Assembly (NCBI RefSeq): GCF_001194135.2
Contig: NC_068982.1
Location: 40,160,068 to 40,224,067, forward strand
From: Octopus bimaculoides
Lineage: Eukaryota
Direction: 5' to 3'
Length of the DNA: 64,000 nucleotides
Shown: positions 11,451 to 24,072 of the stretch, piece after piece
How positions within the stretch are numbered: the stretch's first letter is position 1
Layout: each line of letters begins with the position of its first letter
Made by a program: the position numbers and the translations under genes
The notes under the pieces: generated by a model
What the model saw: the letters and a program-made list of their open reading frames with translations, nothing else
The model's database searches: none
Told to the model about the DNA's origin: nothing

Positions 11451-11873
11451 TGAGTGAGAGAGCAGTACATGCCTCAAGATAAACAGCACATGACCTCGCA
11501 GGTGGGGCCCAGTTAGAATTTTCTTCAGGTCGAGTAGCCCAACCCGCTCAAAAGGTCCCTGAATAAGGTTTGTTTAAGGATGTTGAGCAAAACACCCATG
11601 TTTCCAAAGGTGAATTATTCAAACTCCAAGGAATTCCTCTCAACTCATTGCTATGATGCTCCCTTAGTACTTCTGCTCATGATCAGAGATGCACATATCG
11701 TCATCCACCAAGGGATATGCTCAACTAATTAAGGTTAAACAACTGACAAGCAAATCTGTGGTATTAAGCAGAATATTTGCTGTAGCCCATCTTTTATACC
11801 AAGATAAAACAATGTACATGATAACACTTCCAATCAGTTAAGATCAGAAACCATGAGAGCCAATGCCTGGTAC
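11451..11873. mobile_element. unclassified ~420 bp non-coding element embedded in (ATT)n
   Basis: Complex, GC-richer sequence with sharp boundaries into (ATT)n on both sides; no ORF, tRNA head or TIR seen. Confidence 0.45.
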
Positions 11874-11947
<74 letters not shown>

Positions 11948-11971
11948 GTTGTTGTTGTTGTTGTTGTTGTT

Positions 11972-12039
<68 letters not shown>

Positions 12040-12050
12040 CATTATTATTA
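11874..12050. repeat. (ATT)(GTT)(ATT) compound microsatellite
   Basis: Direct inspection. Confidence 0.95.
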
Positions 12051-12358
12051 AGGCGGCTAACTAGCAGAGTCGGTACCAAAGCTGGACGAAATGCTTAGCG
12101 GTATTTCACCCGTCGCTATGTTCTGTGTTCAAATTCCACCAAGGTCGATTTTGACTTTCTTCCTCAGGGGAACGATAAAACAAGTACCAGTTGAGAACTG
12201 GGGTCGATTAAATTGACTTATCTCCTCCTCGAAATCTGCTGGTCTGCTGCCAAAATTTGAAACCCTGATTACTATTATTAAAACAGTAAGCTGGCAAAAA
12301 TCGACTGGCCCCGATCCCCCAAAGTTTCAGGCCTTGTGCCTATAGTAGAAAAGATTAT
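12051..12358 (+). mobile_element. SINE family B plus extra tail fragment
   Basis: AAGGCGG head, GTTCAAATTCC B-box, ACGATAAAACAAGTACCAGTTGAG central segment, CAAAATTTGAAACC tail. Confidence 0.8.
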
Positions 12359-12574
12359 AATTAGGTGTAAATTTGTGTCTTTTAGACAATTCACTGATTT
12401 GTTGTGCTGTCAGTGTTTTCTTTGAGAAATTTATAATTGCTATTATGTTTGGTTTCTCCTGTTAATATAGTACCACCGTGTTTCTCTTTTGCAATGGAAA
12501 GTGTCTAAAAGCGGTTATTAAGCAGTTATTAAGGCAAATTTTATTTTTGTTATTAGTATATCTTCTATTCTTTT

Positions 12575-12781
12575 CTATTCTAGGGACAAGGCCCGAAATT
12601 TTGGGGGTGGGGGGGCAGTCGATTAGATCGACTCCAGTACACAACTGGTATTTAATTTATAACGAAAAGATGAACGGCAAAGTCGACCTCGGCGGAATTT
12701 GAACTCATAACATAAAGACAGATGAAATACCGTTAAGCATTTCGCCCGGCGTGCTAACGTCTCTACCAGCACACCGCCTTC
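12575..12781 (-). mobile_element. SINE family B, full length
   Basis: Reverse complement aligns with 12051-12270 and 63176-63395. Confidence 0.85.
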
Positions 12782-12849
12782 AGTATATTTTCTATTGTTA
12801 TAGTTTACAGTGTGGGTTTACTGTATACGATTGTTGAATGAGTTATTAA

Positions 12850-14030
12850 ATTTTATGCTTCGTTGGCGTGTTTTGGAGAGATCTCGTTAATTGTTTCTCG
12901 TTTCGTTGATTGCTTCTCATTGTGGGAGGAAAGTCGTATTGTCGATCTTGAAGTAGTTGTATTTTATTTCATTTCTCTTTTAGTGAAGTACCCATGCCTC
13001 TGGTCTGAAGATAATTAATAAATTTTTCTCTGTTGTACAACTGCGTCTGTATGTGGGTTCGATTTTGTTTTCTTCAGGAACGGGTGGTCAGAAATGTGAT
13101 CCTTTTTGAAGTCGGTTTCGTAATTTACAAAACAGTCGGCGTTTTTTCCCAACGTTGAAGAGAATTCCATTTTTCGTTTACGCATTCGTCTTTCCATTGT
13201 TTTGAGATATTTTTAAGGTTCAGACTCTCTGCTATTTTACCGAATTGTATGTGAATTACTTGATCAATTGGTAGGAAATTTTCCTACTTAGATTGATCTC
13301 TTAATTTTTCCTCTCCGATATCCATCCTCCGTGTTTTTGATGCCATCTTTCCCCTTAGGTGTCTTTGCGCTTCTGATTGTTCTGCGATGGGCTTTACCTG
13401 GAGATTGCAAGGTAGGATTATTAGTTCTGTGTTTAGCAATTTTTCGTTTATATCGACTTTGTTATTGATTTGAATCATTTTTCAAACGGCAAATTTTCTT
13501 TGGTAAGAGATTTTATCTACCTGGGTACCATGTTTATTCATTCACTATGTTGTTCTGCGGGATTCAAAATATGTACCTCGTGGTATTATTGATCTTGCTT
13601 AAATTTGTCTCAATAAATTATTCCTATAGTTTTGTATAATTTTCTTATGCTTTGGTATTTTGTTTCGCACTACCATTTCTACATTGTTTTATCGGGTAGA
13701 ACCATGTATTTCGATCGAACCTCTTGATTATCGGTATGAATAAATAAAAAGAATTTTTAGTTCTTTGCGGAATTCTTCATTTGTAATTAAAATCGATGTA
13801 TCCGTTTCTGTTGGCATTTTCAATTCCACGTATGATATGTGACATTAAAAAGGTTAAGAGGATACATACAAGTAAATTTTTATTAAAATCCAAAAGAAAA
13901 TGTTTTGTAAAGTTTATCATGAATAAAAAACAAAAAGGAAGTATACACATCTTTATCGAAGTATGCTCCCAGTTTCAATTGTATTTAAGCAATTTAGGCT
14001 CTAAGAGAAGAAAGAATATACTGAAATAAA
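12850..14030 (-). mobile_element. heavily decayed coding relic, possibly Penelope-like RT/GIY-YIG
   Basis: Purine-rich minus strand with scattered motif remnants (IKFT, ENLPF..MIQINNKVDI, SLNLKNI, RKIY); many stops and frameshifts. Confidence 0.3.
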
Positions 14031-14042
14031 TTATATACACAC

Positions 14043-14075
<33 letters not shown>

Positions 14076-14193
14076 NNNNNNNNNNNNNNNNNNNNNNNNN
14101 NNNNNNNNNNNNNNNNNNNNNNNNNTTTTTATGTTGTTATAAGGAAAACAATTTTATATTAATCTGAAGGGTTACTCTATACTTTTGTAGATT

Positions 14194-14231
14194 ACATCCG
14201 ATGATGGCTTAGCTGGCCGAAACTTCGAAGT
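14194..14231 (+). ncRNA. degenerate hammerhead-like motif, probably inactive
   Basis: ACATC-C(-)GATGA-T-GGC-7nt-GCC-GAAAC-TTC-GAAGT; U4 missing, stem I 4/5. Confidence 0.3.
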
Positions 14232-15329
14232 CACTCCTAAACAACGCTCTTGTATAAGAACTTATATACATAAAGAGAGAGGGGGATGCATACATACGTA
14301 CAGACCCACATACATATTTGTACGAGTAGAAATAAATATTGTTGCTATTATGTTAAACTGTCGTATGTCCAAATTTGGAGAAATGCGGTTTTATTTATTT
14401 ATTTATTTATTTTCAATATTTATTTTTGTTTGTAATAGCCGGTTCTTTTAGTCAAACTATCATATCTTCAGTTGCTTCAGATATAAAAATATTGTCAAAG
14501 TGTAGTACAAGGGTTTTGCTATAGAATGATGAAACTATTTCTTCGTTTTCTGAAAACGCAACGTTTGGACTTACGACACTTTTGCATATTAGCAACGATA
14601 CGTATATTGAGTAGGTAGGTAGATAGACAGAATATCAAGTGTGCCCTCGCAGTATTTAATTATAGCTGTCTAAGCGTTGTGAGTTCAAATCCTGTACTAG
14701 GATCGGTTTAGTCAGTTATACCTTTTCTCCAAATTTCGGTTTGGTGGGAATGGTACAACAAAGTATATTATCACAAAATATTTTGCAATATGCAATATAT
14801 TTCAGTCCTCTAGATTCTGGGTTCAAATTCTACCAGTGTCAGATTTGTTATTCATAAGTGTAGAGCCCCCAACAGATTAAATACAAGTCTTATGATTGTT
14901 CAGGGATGCACTCAGGGTTACTTCTAATTTTCTGAGTTTGGGGTCTGTTGTGTAAATTTGTGTTCTATTTTATTGTTGCATGTATTATATATTATTTATT
15001 TTCATAATGAGTGGGGGGGGGGTCTCACGTAGAACGAAGAGTGTGGCGCAGCTTATATTAGTAGTTATATGTAGTTGTTGAGATATTTCTACTGTCTCAT
15101 GTTACGAACCTAGTTATGGCATTTATGCTTCGTTCAACGCATTCTGTTCTTCCTTTTTTTTTTTTTTTTTTCATCATTTCAAAAGCACTAATTACTGTAC
15201 TGCTAACGTTTCAGATAGAAAATATGTTTCGTTTCAATTAAACTATCATTGTATTTCCATGGCTTCTGACTACTTCCAGGCAATATTCTAGTTCGAAAAT
15301 TTCAACATGCTTATTATTGTGTTTATATC

Positions 15330-16100
15330 ATGCTTTCTTTCCCATTATGTTATCTAGGTGCGTCGCTCGTATTAATCTTCGTGTCATTCTGGACAAGTAT
15401 GTTCTTGAGTATTGTAGATCTATTATTAGTAGGAATTTCGTGCGCATTTATAGTTTTATTTTCTCTTTTATGAAGACATTTTGACTTGTAAATGAATGAG
15501 TAAGGCTATCTTCTTGGTGATATTTCTTTGCATACTGTATTTCTTCTTCGTGAGATGATTTATTGTCTCTTTATACCCATCGCTGAGTCTGCAATTGATA
15601 TTAACGTCTTGTTTAATGACAGTTTTGCTAACCTGTATGTCTAGTCATTGATCTTGGTAGTTAAAAATTCAACCTGTCGTTTGTAGCTTTATTATAAAAT
15701 TGTTAGGCAATTATATTGATTTTCACATCTGTAACTCTCTGGTCTTGCAGGTTACTGAGAGTGAAGAGATTTCTCTCAGTTTCTTTAATATGCTTTGTTG
15801 ATCAATTTTCATTCAGCCATTTTTTCTGTTTGGGTTTGTTATTAACTTCATGTTTAACTAAAGATAAACATTGCTTACTTTTCTGTGCTGCTATTTTGTA
15901 ACGATACTAATCAGTCTACCATTTTACTTGCCAGTAATTTTGTAGATCCAGTTGTGGTCACGTTATAATAGTCACAATGTCCATTCCTGCTTATGTGCTT
16001 GGTAGGTATATTCTGTCTATATGAGCTATGGTTGACACGGCTACGAATACAGTGGATAGTTCTTTTGTTCCTTTTTGGGTTTTCCTAACATTTTAATCTG
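15330..16100 (-). mobile_element. decayed R4/Dong-like LINE fragment
   Basis: Minus-strand remnants HIDRIYLPST*AG, KKWL...KETERNL, QDQ, NCRLSDGYKETINHL, in the same order as in 9671-11302. Confidence 0.55.
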
Positions 16101-16410
16101 GAGTCGATGACTATTATAGCAAATATATTTGTAGCATTCCTAAGTTTTTTGTAAATTGTTTTGGATCTAATGTTAGTACGTTTTTTTTAATTTTCATTCA
16201 CATTTTTACCGGTTTAACTAACCTCTACATACTTTTGTATATGCATATCATTAACTTTAGATAGAGATATACTGTGAGTTATAATTAATATGGTAATTCA
16301 CTGAATTTATTTGGCACGTGTCAGATCCCATATTTCCTTGAATAACTGAAACTATATGCAGATTTAATAGACACCCTAGCTAGTTTTTTTTTTTCTTGCA
16401 TATAGTTTAT

Positions 16411-16541
16411 ATCCTCTCTATAATAGAGATGTATATATTTCGTCCCTCTCTATAGAAGAGATGTATATATTTTGTCCCTCTCTATAGAAGATATATATAT
16501 TTCAGCCCTGTTTATAGTAGTGATATATATATATTTCGTCC
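16411..16541. repeat. minisatellite, ~32 bp unit x4
   Basis: Units resemble TCCCTCTCTATAGAAGAGATGTATATATTTCG. Confidence 0.8.
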
Positions 16542-17691
16542 ATTATTTCATTATGGAACCGATTAGTATCGAGAAGCTAGGAATAGACAAAATAGCAGTG
16601 AAAGCATTGAATGTCGCTGAGAATCTCTTTTCTTGTTGCTAGAGCTGGTTTATACTGTCTTGCCTCTATTTAAAGTTTCTTCCATGTTATCCTTTTGCAT
16701 ATAATCATAGAGTGATTGACAGGCAGTGTGCATTCGCAGTTCAATTCTCGTCCCATCATCGAATGATAAAAGAGTAACATTTCCATCGGAAGCTACGATC
16801 GACTGATGGCATCAGCAATTTGAAAACCTAATGGAAACAATTGTTCCATAGGAAGTGTGACTACCACCTTCACATATGTGTATATGTGACTGTGTGTGAA
16901 TGTCTGTATATATACACGCATATGCATATATGCGCGCACAAACATATGCTCACACACATATACATGCAAACACGCGCGCGCATGAGTGTGTGTATGTGTG
17001 TGTTTATTTAAATAAAAACTGCTGAGTTTAGTAAAACTGTTCTTCATCATATCACAAGCCCGATACTCTCTCTGATCTTGTAAGGTTCTGCATTCCTGAT
17101 ATTTGTACTAACGTTGTGGAGAGTATGTATGTCAGATATTTGCATATTGGTACCAAGGTAGTTATCGGTTTGGAAAATGTTGAGGTACCTGGAGTTTTTG
17201 CTTAAGGGAATTAATAATAACCTCGCCCCTAGCCAGGCATGTCCCTTAATTTATTGGTTTACAAAGCACTAGTCAAGGAATAGCACACAGTCTCATCTCC
17301 TATCCAATTTGGCTGAAGCGGTTTGTCAATTAGATCGGTTCGTTAAGATTGGTCTAGAACCCAGACAACTGAAGAATACCACAAGAAAATAGGCATATCA
17401 GCTAAAAACAGCCCAAGGTAAGGTGGTGAAAATAGTTCGCGAATGAAACCCTTCCATAGATGAAGACTAATCCGATCCTCGCTGCCCCACGGAGTCGAAG
17501 CATACAGGCAAAGGGACGAAACACTTGTGGCTCTAATATATCTGCTGATGATAGGAAAAGGTTTATGACATTGTGATGGATTCAGATGAGGGTCTTACAG
17601 TAATTCTGAGTATCTTCTACAATTTCTTCGTGGGTAAACCATCTCCTATACTTATTTCATCTTACTACAGTTTAACATTACGATTATTAAA

Positions 17692-17895
17692 TAGGCGGCG
17701 AGCTGGCAGAATCGTTAGCACGCCGGGCAAAATGCTTAGCGGAATTTTGTCCGTTTCGAGTTCAAATTTTGCTCAGGTTGATATTGCCTTTTATTCTTCC
17801 AGGATCTATAATATAATCATCACTCGAAAGCGACGCCTCCCCACCCCCGAAATTGCTGGCTTTGTACCAAAGTTTGAAATCAATATTACGATTAT
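17692..17895 (+). mobile_element. SINE family B
   Basis: GGCGGCGAGCTGGCAGAATCGTTAGCACGCCGGGC head, GAGTTCAAATT B-box, CAAAGTTTGAAATC tail. Confidence 0.85.
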
Positions 17896-18890
17896 TAATT
17901 TGCAAGCTTAAAGAGATAACTCTGATTTCATCACAATTTCAACCTTACACTTACTAGTGGACATAAATGTATTATGAAATTCCTCTGTTGCTGCATTCGA
18001 CCATGCTTGTGGTGTTAATTTGTAATATCCCCACTCTTTCTTAATCCTTCGTTTTTATTGTGTTCTATATGTTCCCTGTAAATAAATCCCCAATACAACT
18101 TGGGAGCTTTTGTTGTTTGTATCTTTCACCTTTATAATGGTTTTCTATTCTGTTAATGGAGAACGCTTTGCATTTGTTTTTGTTAGCATCTTATCCGATA
18201 TGTTCAAGCTTGTATCAGTTTTTCTTTTCGTTAGTATTCTATCGTTTCTAGGATCACTTCCATTTTCCTCTAATATTGTATTTCCATAATTTTTCGCTTC
18301 CTTTTCTTTATCATATCATACTCATTCCTTTGCATCTTGCCAAGTAAAGTAAACACTTTTTATTTTACGTTGATCCTCCTGTCTTATATAATTTCCTTCA
18401 GCGGTTTTTTGTGAAGTTTGAGATAAACGTATAGAGATTGCGCAGTTAAGGTCGAGCAGAGTTTTATGAAACAGCCAGTTATTGAATAAATTTGGTTATT
18501 GATTGTATTAATATCTCAGAGTGCCTGCTAGCATTGGGATTTTTCAACAGAACTATAGGGAGTTTTGCCTTTTGATTCCATAAATAATCTTTATTTAATC
18601 GAAACTTTTCAACTGTATTACTGTATTACATCTCTAAGAACCTGTTACATTTCGTAAGCAGAACGCTCCTTGAAGCATTTTATCTCAGCCAGTTTGTTGA
18701 TATTCACAATTGGGGTCCCTATATTACCATGCTTTCTAGATATACTGGTTATTTCTTGCCAACTTAGTAGCTATTGCTTCGTTGGGGAGATCACATAAGA
18801 TAGAAATGTGCCCATTATATTCAAAAGTAAAATTTAAAGAAAAACATCACTGCATTCTGAATAGTCTTTATTTTCTAAACAACCCCAATA

Positions 18891-19054
18891 GGCACAGGAG
18901 TGGCTGTGTGGTAAGTAGCTTGCTTACCAACCACATGGTTCCGGGTTCATTCCCACTGCGTGGCACTTTGGGCAAGTGTCTTCTACTATAGCCTCGGGCC
19001 GAACAAAGCCTTGTGAGTGGATTTGGTAGACAGAAACTGAAAGAAGCCTGTCGC

Positions 19055-19090
<36 letters not shown>

Positions 19091-19205
19091 ATGCATATAT
19101 ATATGTATGCGTGTCTGTGTTTGTCCCGCCACCATCACTTGACAACCGATGCTGGTGTGTTTACGTCCCCGTAACCTAGCGGTTCGGCATAAAAAAGAGA
19201 CTGAT
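18891..19205 (+). mobile_element. SINE family A, young-looking copy truncated by an assembly gap
   Basis: GGCACAGGAGTGGCTGTGTGG (A-box), GGGTTCATTCCC (B-box), CACTTTGGGCAAGTG CORE-like segment, internal (AT)(GT) repeat. Confidence 0.9.
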
Positions 19206-19901
19206 NNNNNNNNNNNNNNNNNNNNNNNNNNNNNNNNNNNNNNNNNNNNNNNNNNNNNNNNNNNNNNNNNNNNNNNNNNNNNNNNNNNNNNNNNNNNNNN
19301 NNNNNNNNNNNNNNNNNNNNNNNNNNNNNNNNNNNNNNNNNNNNNNNNNNNNNNNNNNNNNNNNNNNNNNNNNNNNNNNNNNNNNNNNNNNNNNNNNNNN
19401 NNNNNNNNNNNNNNNNNNNNNNNNNNNNNNNNNNNNNNNNNNNNNNNNNNNNNNNNNNNNNNNNNNNNNNNNNNNNNNNNNNNNNNNNNNNNNNNNNNNN
19501 NNNNNNNNNNNNNNNNNNNNNNNNNNNNNNNNNNNNNNNNNNNNNNNNNNNNNNNNNNNNNNNNNNNNNNNNNNNNNNNNNNNNNNNNNNNNNNNNNNNN
19601 NNNNNNNNNNNNNNNNNNNNNNNNNNNNNNNNNNNNNNNNNNNNNNNNNNNNNNNNNNNNNNNNNNNNNNNNNNNNNNNNNNNNNNNNNNNNNNNNNNNN
19701 NNNNNNNNNNNNNNNNNNNNNNNNNNNNNNNNNNNNNNNNNNNNNNNNNNNNNNNNNNNNNNNNNNNNNNNNNNNNNNNNNNNNNNNNNNNNNNNNNNNN
19801 NNNNNNNNNNNNNNNNNNNNNNNNTATAAAAGTCTCTGCCGCTTGTAAATTTTTCTTATAATGTGGCTTTCGTAGAAGCCATTTACATTCTGGCAAAGAA
19901 A

Positions 19902-19903
<2 letters not shown>

Positions 19904-19967
<64 letters not shown>

Positions 19968-20011
19968 TTTACTATTATTATTATTGTTATTATTATTATT
20001 ATTATTATTAT

Positions 20012-20059
<48 letters not shown>

Positions 20060-20090
20060 AAGTAGTATTGTTGTTGGTGTTGTTGTTAGA
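19904..20090. repeat. (AAT)(ATT)(AGT)(GTT) compound microsatellite
   Basis: Direct inspection. Confidence 0.95.
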
Positions 20091-20094
20091 CCTT

Positions 20095-21165
20095 GTACTA
20101 ATAGTAGAAAGGGTTATTTTTATACAACTTCGTCCAGGATTGGTTTTATTTCAGCGCGTTACATTTAGGTTTAGATGCCCGCATGATTTCAATAAGGCAT
20201 CAAGTGCTCAAAACACTTCTTTCCTGTTCCTATGAGCCAAAGCTTTCATAGAAGCTCTACAGGATACACTATTCCAGTTTTTATCTATTTGTGATTATCG
20301 TCAATCACAGTCACTAATGCATCGATTATTACCGGTACATTTATAGATTTCATGTTACAAATCGTCACAATTTGAAATTTTAAGAGGATGTATTTTTTTC
20401 AACTTTTTTCACAATCCTGGAATCAAATGAAAATGATAGATCAAACAGTAAACAAATTCGATTTTCCTTTTATATTATTGTAATATCTGGCTTGCTTTGT
20501 GTTCTCTTTTCATCCGTTTGAATTGGAAAATACCACAAAATCCTGTATGTTTCTGACTCAAGTATTGATTATAGTCGATGATTTTATCATGTAATTCCTG
20601 CTTACAACCATCATTTCTGACAAAAGCTCGAGAGTATAACTTTCACAATTTGATCATGCCTCCGTTTCTTGTATTCTCCCTAGGCCGACTTGGGATTTTC
20701 TGCACCAATGTGTTCCATTGTTTCATCGCAAATTTCACAAAATCTACAGACAACTCCTCATACACATATTTTGACAAATTTTTGCTTGCAGCGCTTGCGC
20801 TTAAGCTGCTATAATAAGGCTTTCTTGTTTCTTTTTCCGATTCCCCTTCTTCAGCCGGGCCCAGAATTTTGTCTCTTCATGCGTCCTCAGTGGCTTTCTA
20901 AATTGACCATTCAATGATTTCTCCTTGATCTGTTTAACATTTCCTCTTTGAATTTCATTCTTGTTCTTTTCTCCTTTTCCAGTCTTAATAAAATATTCTT
21001 TACACACTGCCTTTACTCGCTTTTCTGGTAAAATGATCTAGTATGCTGTTTCGTTCCATTTGCACTCATTTTGCCACTACAACTAAGCGTCCTCCAGCCA
21101 GGTCTATTTTCAAATGTCAACTTATGCGTCCCCTAAGAACTGTTAACCTTGAACCAAATTTAGAA
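20095..21165 (-). mobile_element. 5'-truncated decayed R4/Dong-like LINE
   Basis: KSLNGQF...WARLKKG...KQESLIIAAQAQAL (ORF 20801-21007); ILWYFPIQTD...KPDITII...CLLFD endonuclease remnant; triplet microsatellites on both sides. Confidence 0.75.
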
Positions 21166-21202
21166 AGAATTATTATTATTATTATCATTATTATTATTAT
21201 TA

Positions 21203-21255
<53 letters not shown>

Positions 21256-21258
<3 letters not shown>

Positions 21259-21890
21259 TCCACCAAGGAAGGAGGTTATGTATTCATCGGCGTTGGCTTG
21301 TCCGTCTGTCCGTCTGTCCGTCTGTGTGCAAAATAACTCTAAAAGTTGTGAACGGTATTTGATGAAACTTGCAGGAAAAGTTGGTAATCACATGAGGAAC
21401 AGAAGATGAGATTTTTGTAGTGATCTGGAAAGTTTTATGGATTCTTGAAGGATTTTTCATTTGTTATATTTACTTTACATGAAGTATTACAATGTTACGT
21501 TCTTTGATTATCTCCCTTGAAAGCACGTTCATCGTTTCAACGTAGTCTATGGCGGCGTTGCTGTTTCCAAAGTATATTTTCGTTTCTCTATTAGTAATTT
21601 TACTCACGTTGTGTGTGTATCACTCAAGTTTTAGGTAATTGTTGTTTATGATTAGTTGTATGGTGAAACTAGCTTGCTGTTGTCATTGATGTATTATAAC
21701 TGCTTCAGATGATTCCTGTTTTTAAAGGGTTTTTTAAAATCATATGGCTGTGTTATTCTTTTTCACCCCGCCAAGGAGATTATGATTTTGCCGGCGTTGG
21801 TTTGGGAAATTGTTTGATTTTCAGTATGCGTGTATATGGGTGGAAATGAGCTGCTTGGCGGAGGTCTGCGCTTTCCGAGTGCTTTTCTAG
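21256..21890 (+). mobile_element. Helentron-associated non-autonomous element (HINE/DINE-1-like)
   Basis: Subterminal IRs ACCTCCACCAAG (21256) / CTTGGCGGAGGT (21854-21865), (GTCCGTCT)-type repeat near the 5' end, 3' hairpin GCGCT..AGTGC, ends CTAG+TT, inserted in a TAT-rich target. Confidence 0.7.
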
Positions 21891-21914
21891 TTATTACTAT
21901 TATTAATTCTTCTC

Positions 21915-22100
21915 CTTTTTTGCACAAGACTACCAAATACGAAGGAGGAGCTACCCAATTACAGATCCCAGTGATCAACCGGTTCTTATCTTATCGACCC
22001 AGAAAAAATGTCAGACGAAGTCGACCTCCTCGAAGTTTGAACTCAGAACATAAAGCCAGAAAAAGTGCTGCTAAGCTTTTTGTCCGCCAACTCACGACCT
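21915..22100 (-). mobile_element. SINE family B, diverged
   Basis: TTATCGACCC, GTCGACCTC and TTTGAACTCAGAAC motifs in reverse orientation. Confidence 0.7.
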
Positions 22101-22217
22101 TAACAATACACAAATTCTATTAGGCAGAGAGGTTGTCTGTCACTGCCTGGAAGTACGTAACGGACTAGCGAAGGCAGAAAACTCGCTGGTACCAAATGAT
22201 CTCTTGTCTGAGTAACG

Positions 22218-22610
<393 letters not shown>

Positions 22611-23781
22611 ACGTATGTGCAGGTGAAAGAGGGCTGGCGATCTTGACGTCTGCGTGTATGTGTAAATGTGAAAATGTGGGGATGGGAATTGGTCAGTGCT
22701 TGTGTGTGCGTAGTGGTGTGATGTGTGGTATGGTGTAGTGTGGTGTGGTGTGATGGTGTTGGGAGTTGGGGGAGGTGAGAGTGGGAACACAGACAGGTTT
22801 TTGTGATGTCTTTTATTAATATCGTTGCTCCCTTCACTAATCGAATACTCTACAAGTTGCAGAACCTCACAACACAAGTACACACTACATACACCCCCCC
22901 ACCACCACACATACATATATATATTTATATATGCCAGACAAAACTAAATCTACCTTGGGCATAGGATAATGGTGTCTAATTTATGCAAAACTCTATCACT
23001 TTTAAGGGGACGGCTTTTGGGATAAAAATCCACGTCAATCCTTGCTGTATTTGAACTCAGAATGTAATAAGTTGAAACAAATGCAACAAGGTATTTTGCG
23101 CGACAACAATGATTCTACTAGCTCGTTGCTTTTGCCGTTAATAAAATTATGAGAAACAAAGAAATAAGATTCAATAATGAAATGACAGCCTTGCACAGTT
23201 TTTTCGAATAAAACACATAACGGTGTTGAACTTTTCTATTTTTAGTTTAGATTTTTAGTATTTATTCAGTAGTTTATGTTTTCATAATTAGATTGGGACA
23301 ATAAAATTCTTAGAGTCACATTCGACGATTCCAGACCTTCAGTCTCATTTTCAACAAATGAATATATTTGGCGTCTGTGTTGCTATTTCATATACTGCTG
23401 GAATTAGAATATATATATATATATAAACACATATTTCCTCTCCCGTTGCAACACTCCACTCAACTGGGAATAAGTAATCATTCAGGAGCAGCGTTGGCTT
23501 CCCCTCCTAGCCACCTAGAAGAATGCGAGGAATCATATTGTCACCATAGAAGCAAAACAACATCTGATAGTATGGTCGATTCAGAGACGCACTGATATTA
23601 TATCCATATTTATATACGTTCACCCACATACATACATACATACATACATACATACATACATACATACATACATACATACATACATACATCCATCCATACA
23701 TACATACATATATATAACTATGTATGTATGTCTGTATATATATATATATATATATATATACATACATACATATGTGGCGGG

Positions 23782-23814
<33 letters not shown>

Positions 23815-23904
23815 TAGATAGATAGATGTATCTAGCTATATATATATATGTATGTGTGTATGTATGTGTGTATACAGAGATAGAGACAAGGAGAGAGAGG
23901 GGGA

Positions 23905-24072
23905 GAGCCCATCGCAGTTTCTACCTACAAATTCACTAACAAAGCACTGGGTGCCCCCCCCCCCTCAGGGCAATGGTAGACTATTTCCCAAGGAGCAGTG
24001 CATCAGAACCAAACCCGAATTTATGTGGCCTTGTAGCTGTAAAGCAAGTTTATTTACCACTCAATCATGCCT
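23905..24072 (-). mobile_element. SINE family A head, diverged
   Basis: CAGTTTCTACCTACAAATTCAC...TTTCCCAAGG...TTTACCAC matches the reverse complement of the family A 5' half. Confidence 0.55.

Noticed and set aside
11140-12098. Poly-I/M/N/L/Y ORFs (also 5044-5469, 9434-9733, 40687-41113)
   Set aside because: Translations of triplet microsatellites; no coding evidence.
17450-17560. Hammerhead-like words (TAGATGA-A-GACT..AGTC-GAAGC; GAAAC..CTGATGA)
   Set aside because: Core mismatches and no consistent stems I and III.
17960-18780. Possible N-terminal Dong ORF relic on the minus strand (similar signal at 24500-25400)
   Set aside because: Purine-rich and LINE-like in composition, but no motif I can pin down; left unannotated.
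18891-18965. tRNA gene call for SINE heads
   Set aside because: A and B boxes are present but there is no cloverleaf or acceptor stem, and they continue into a repeated SINE body.
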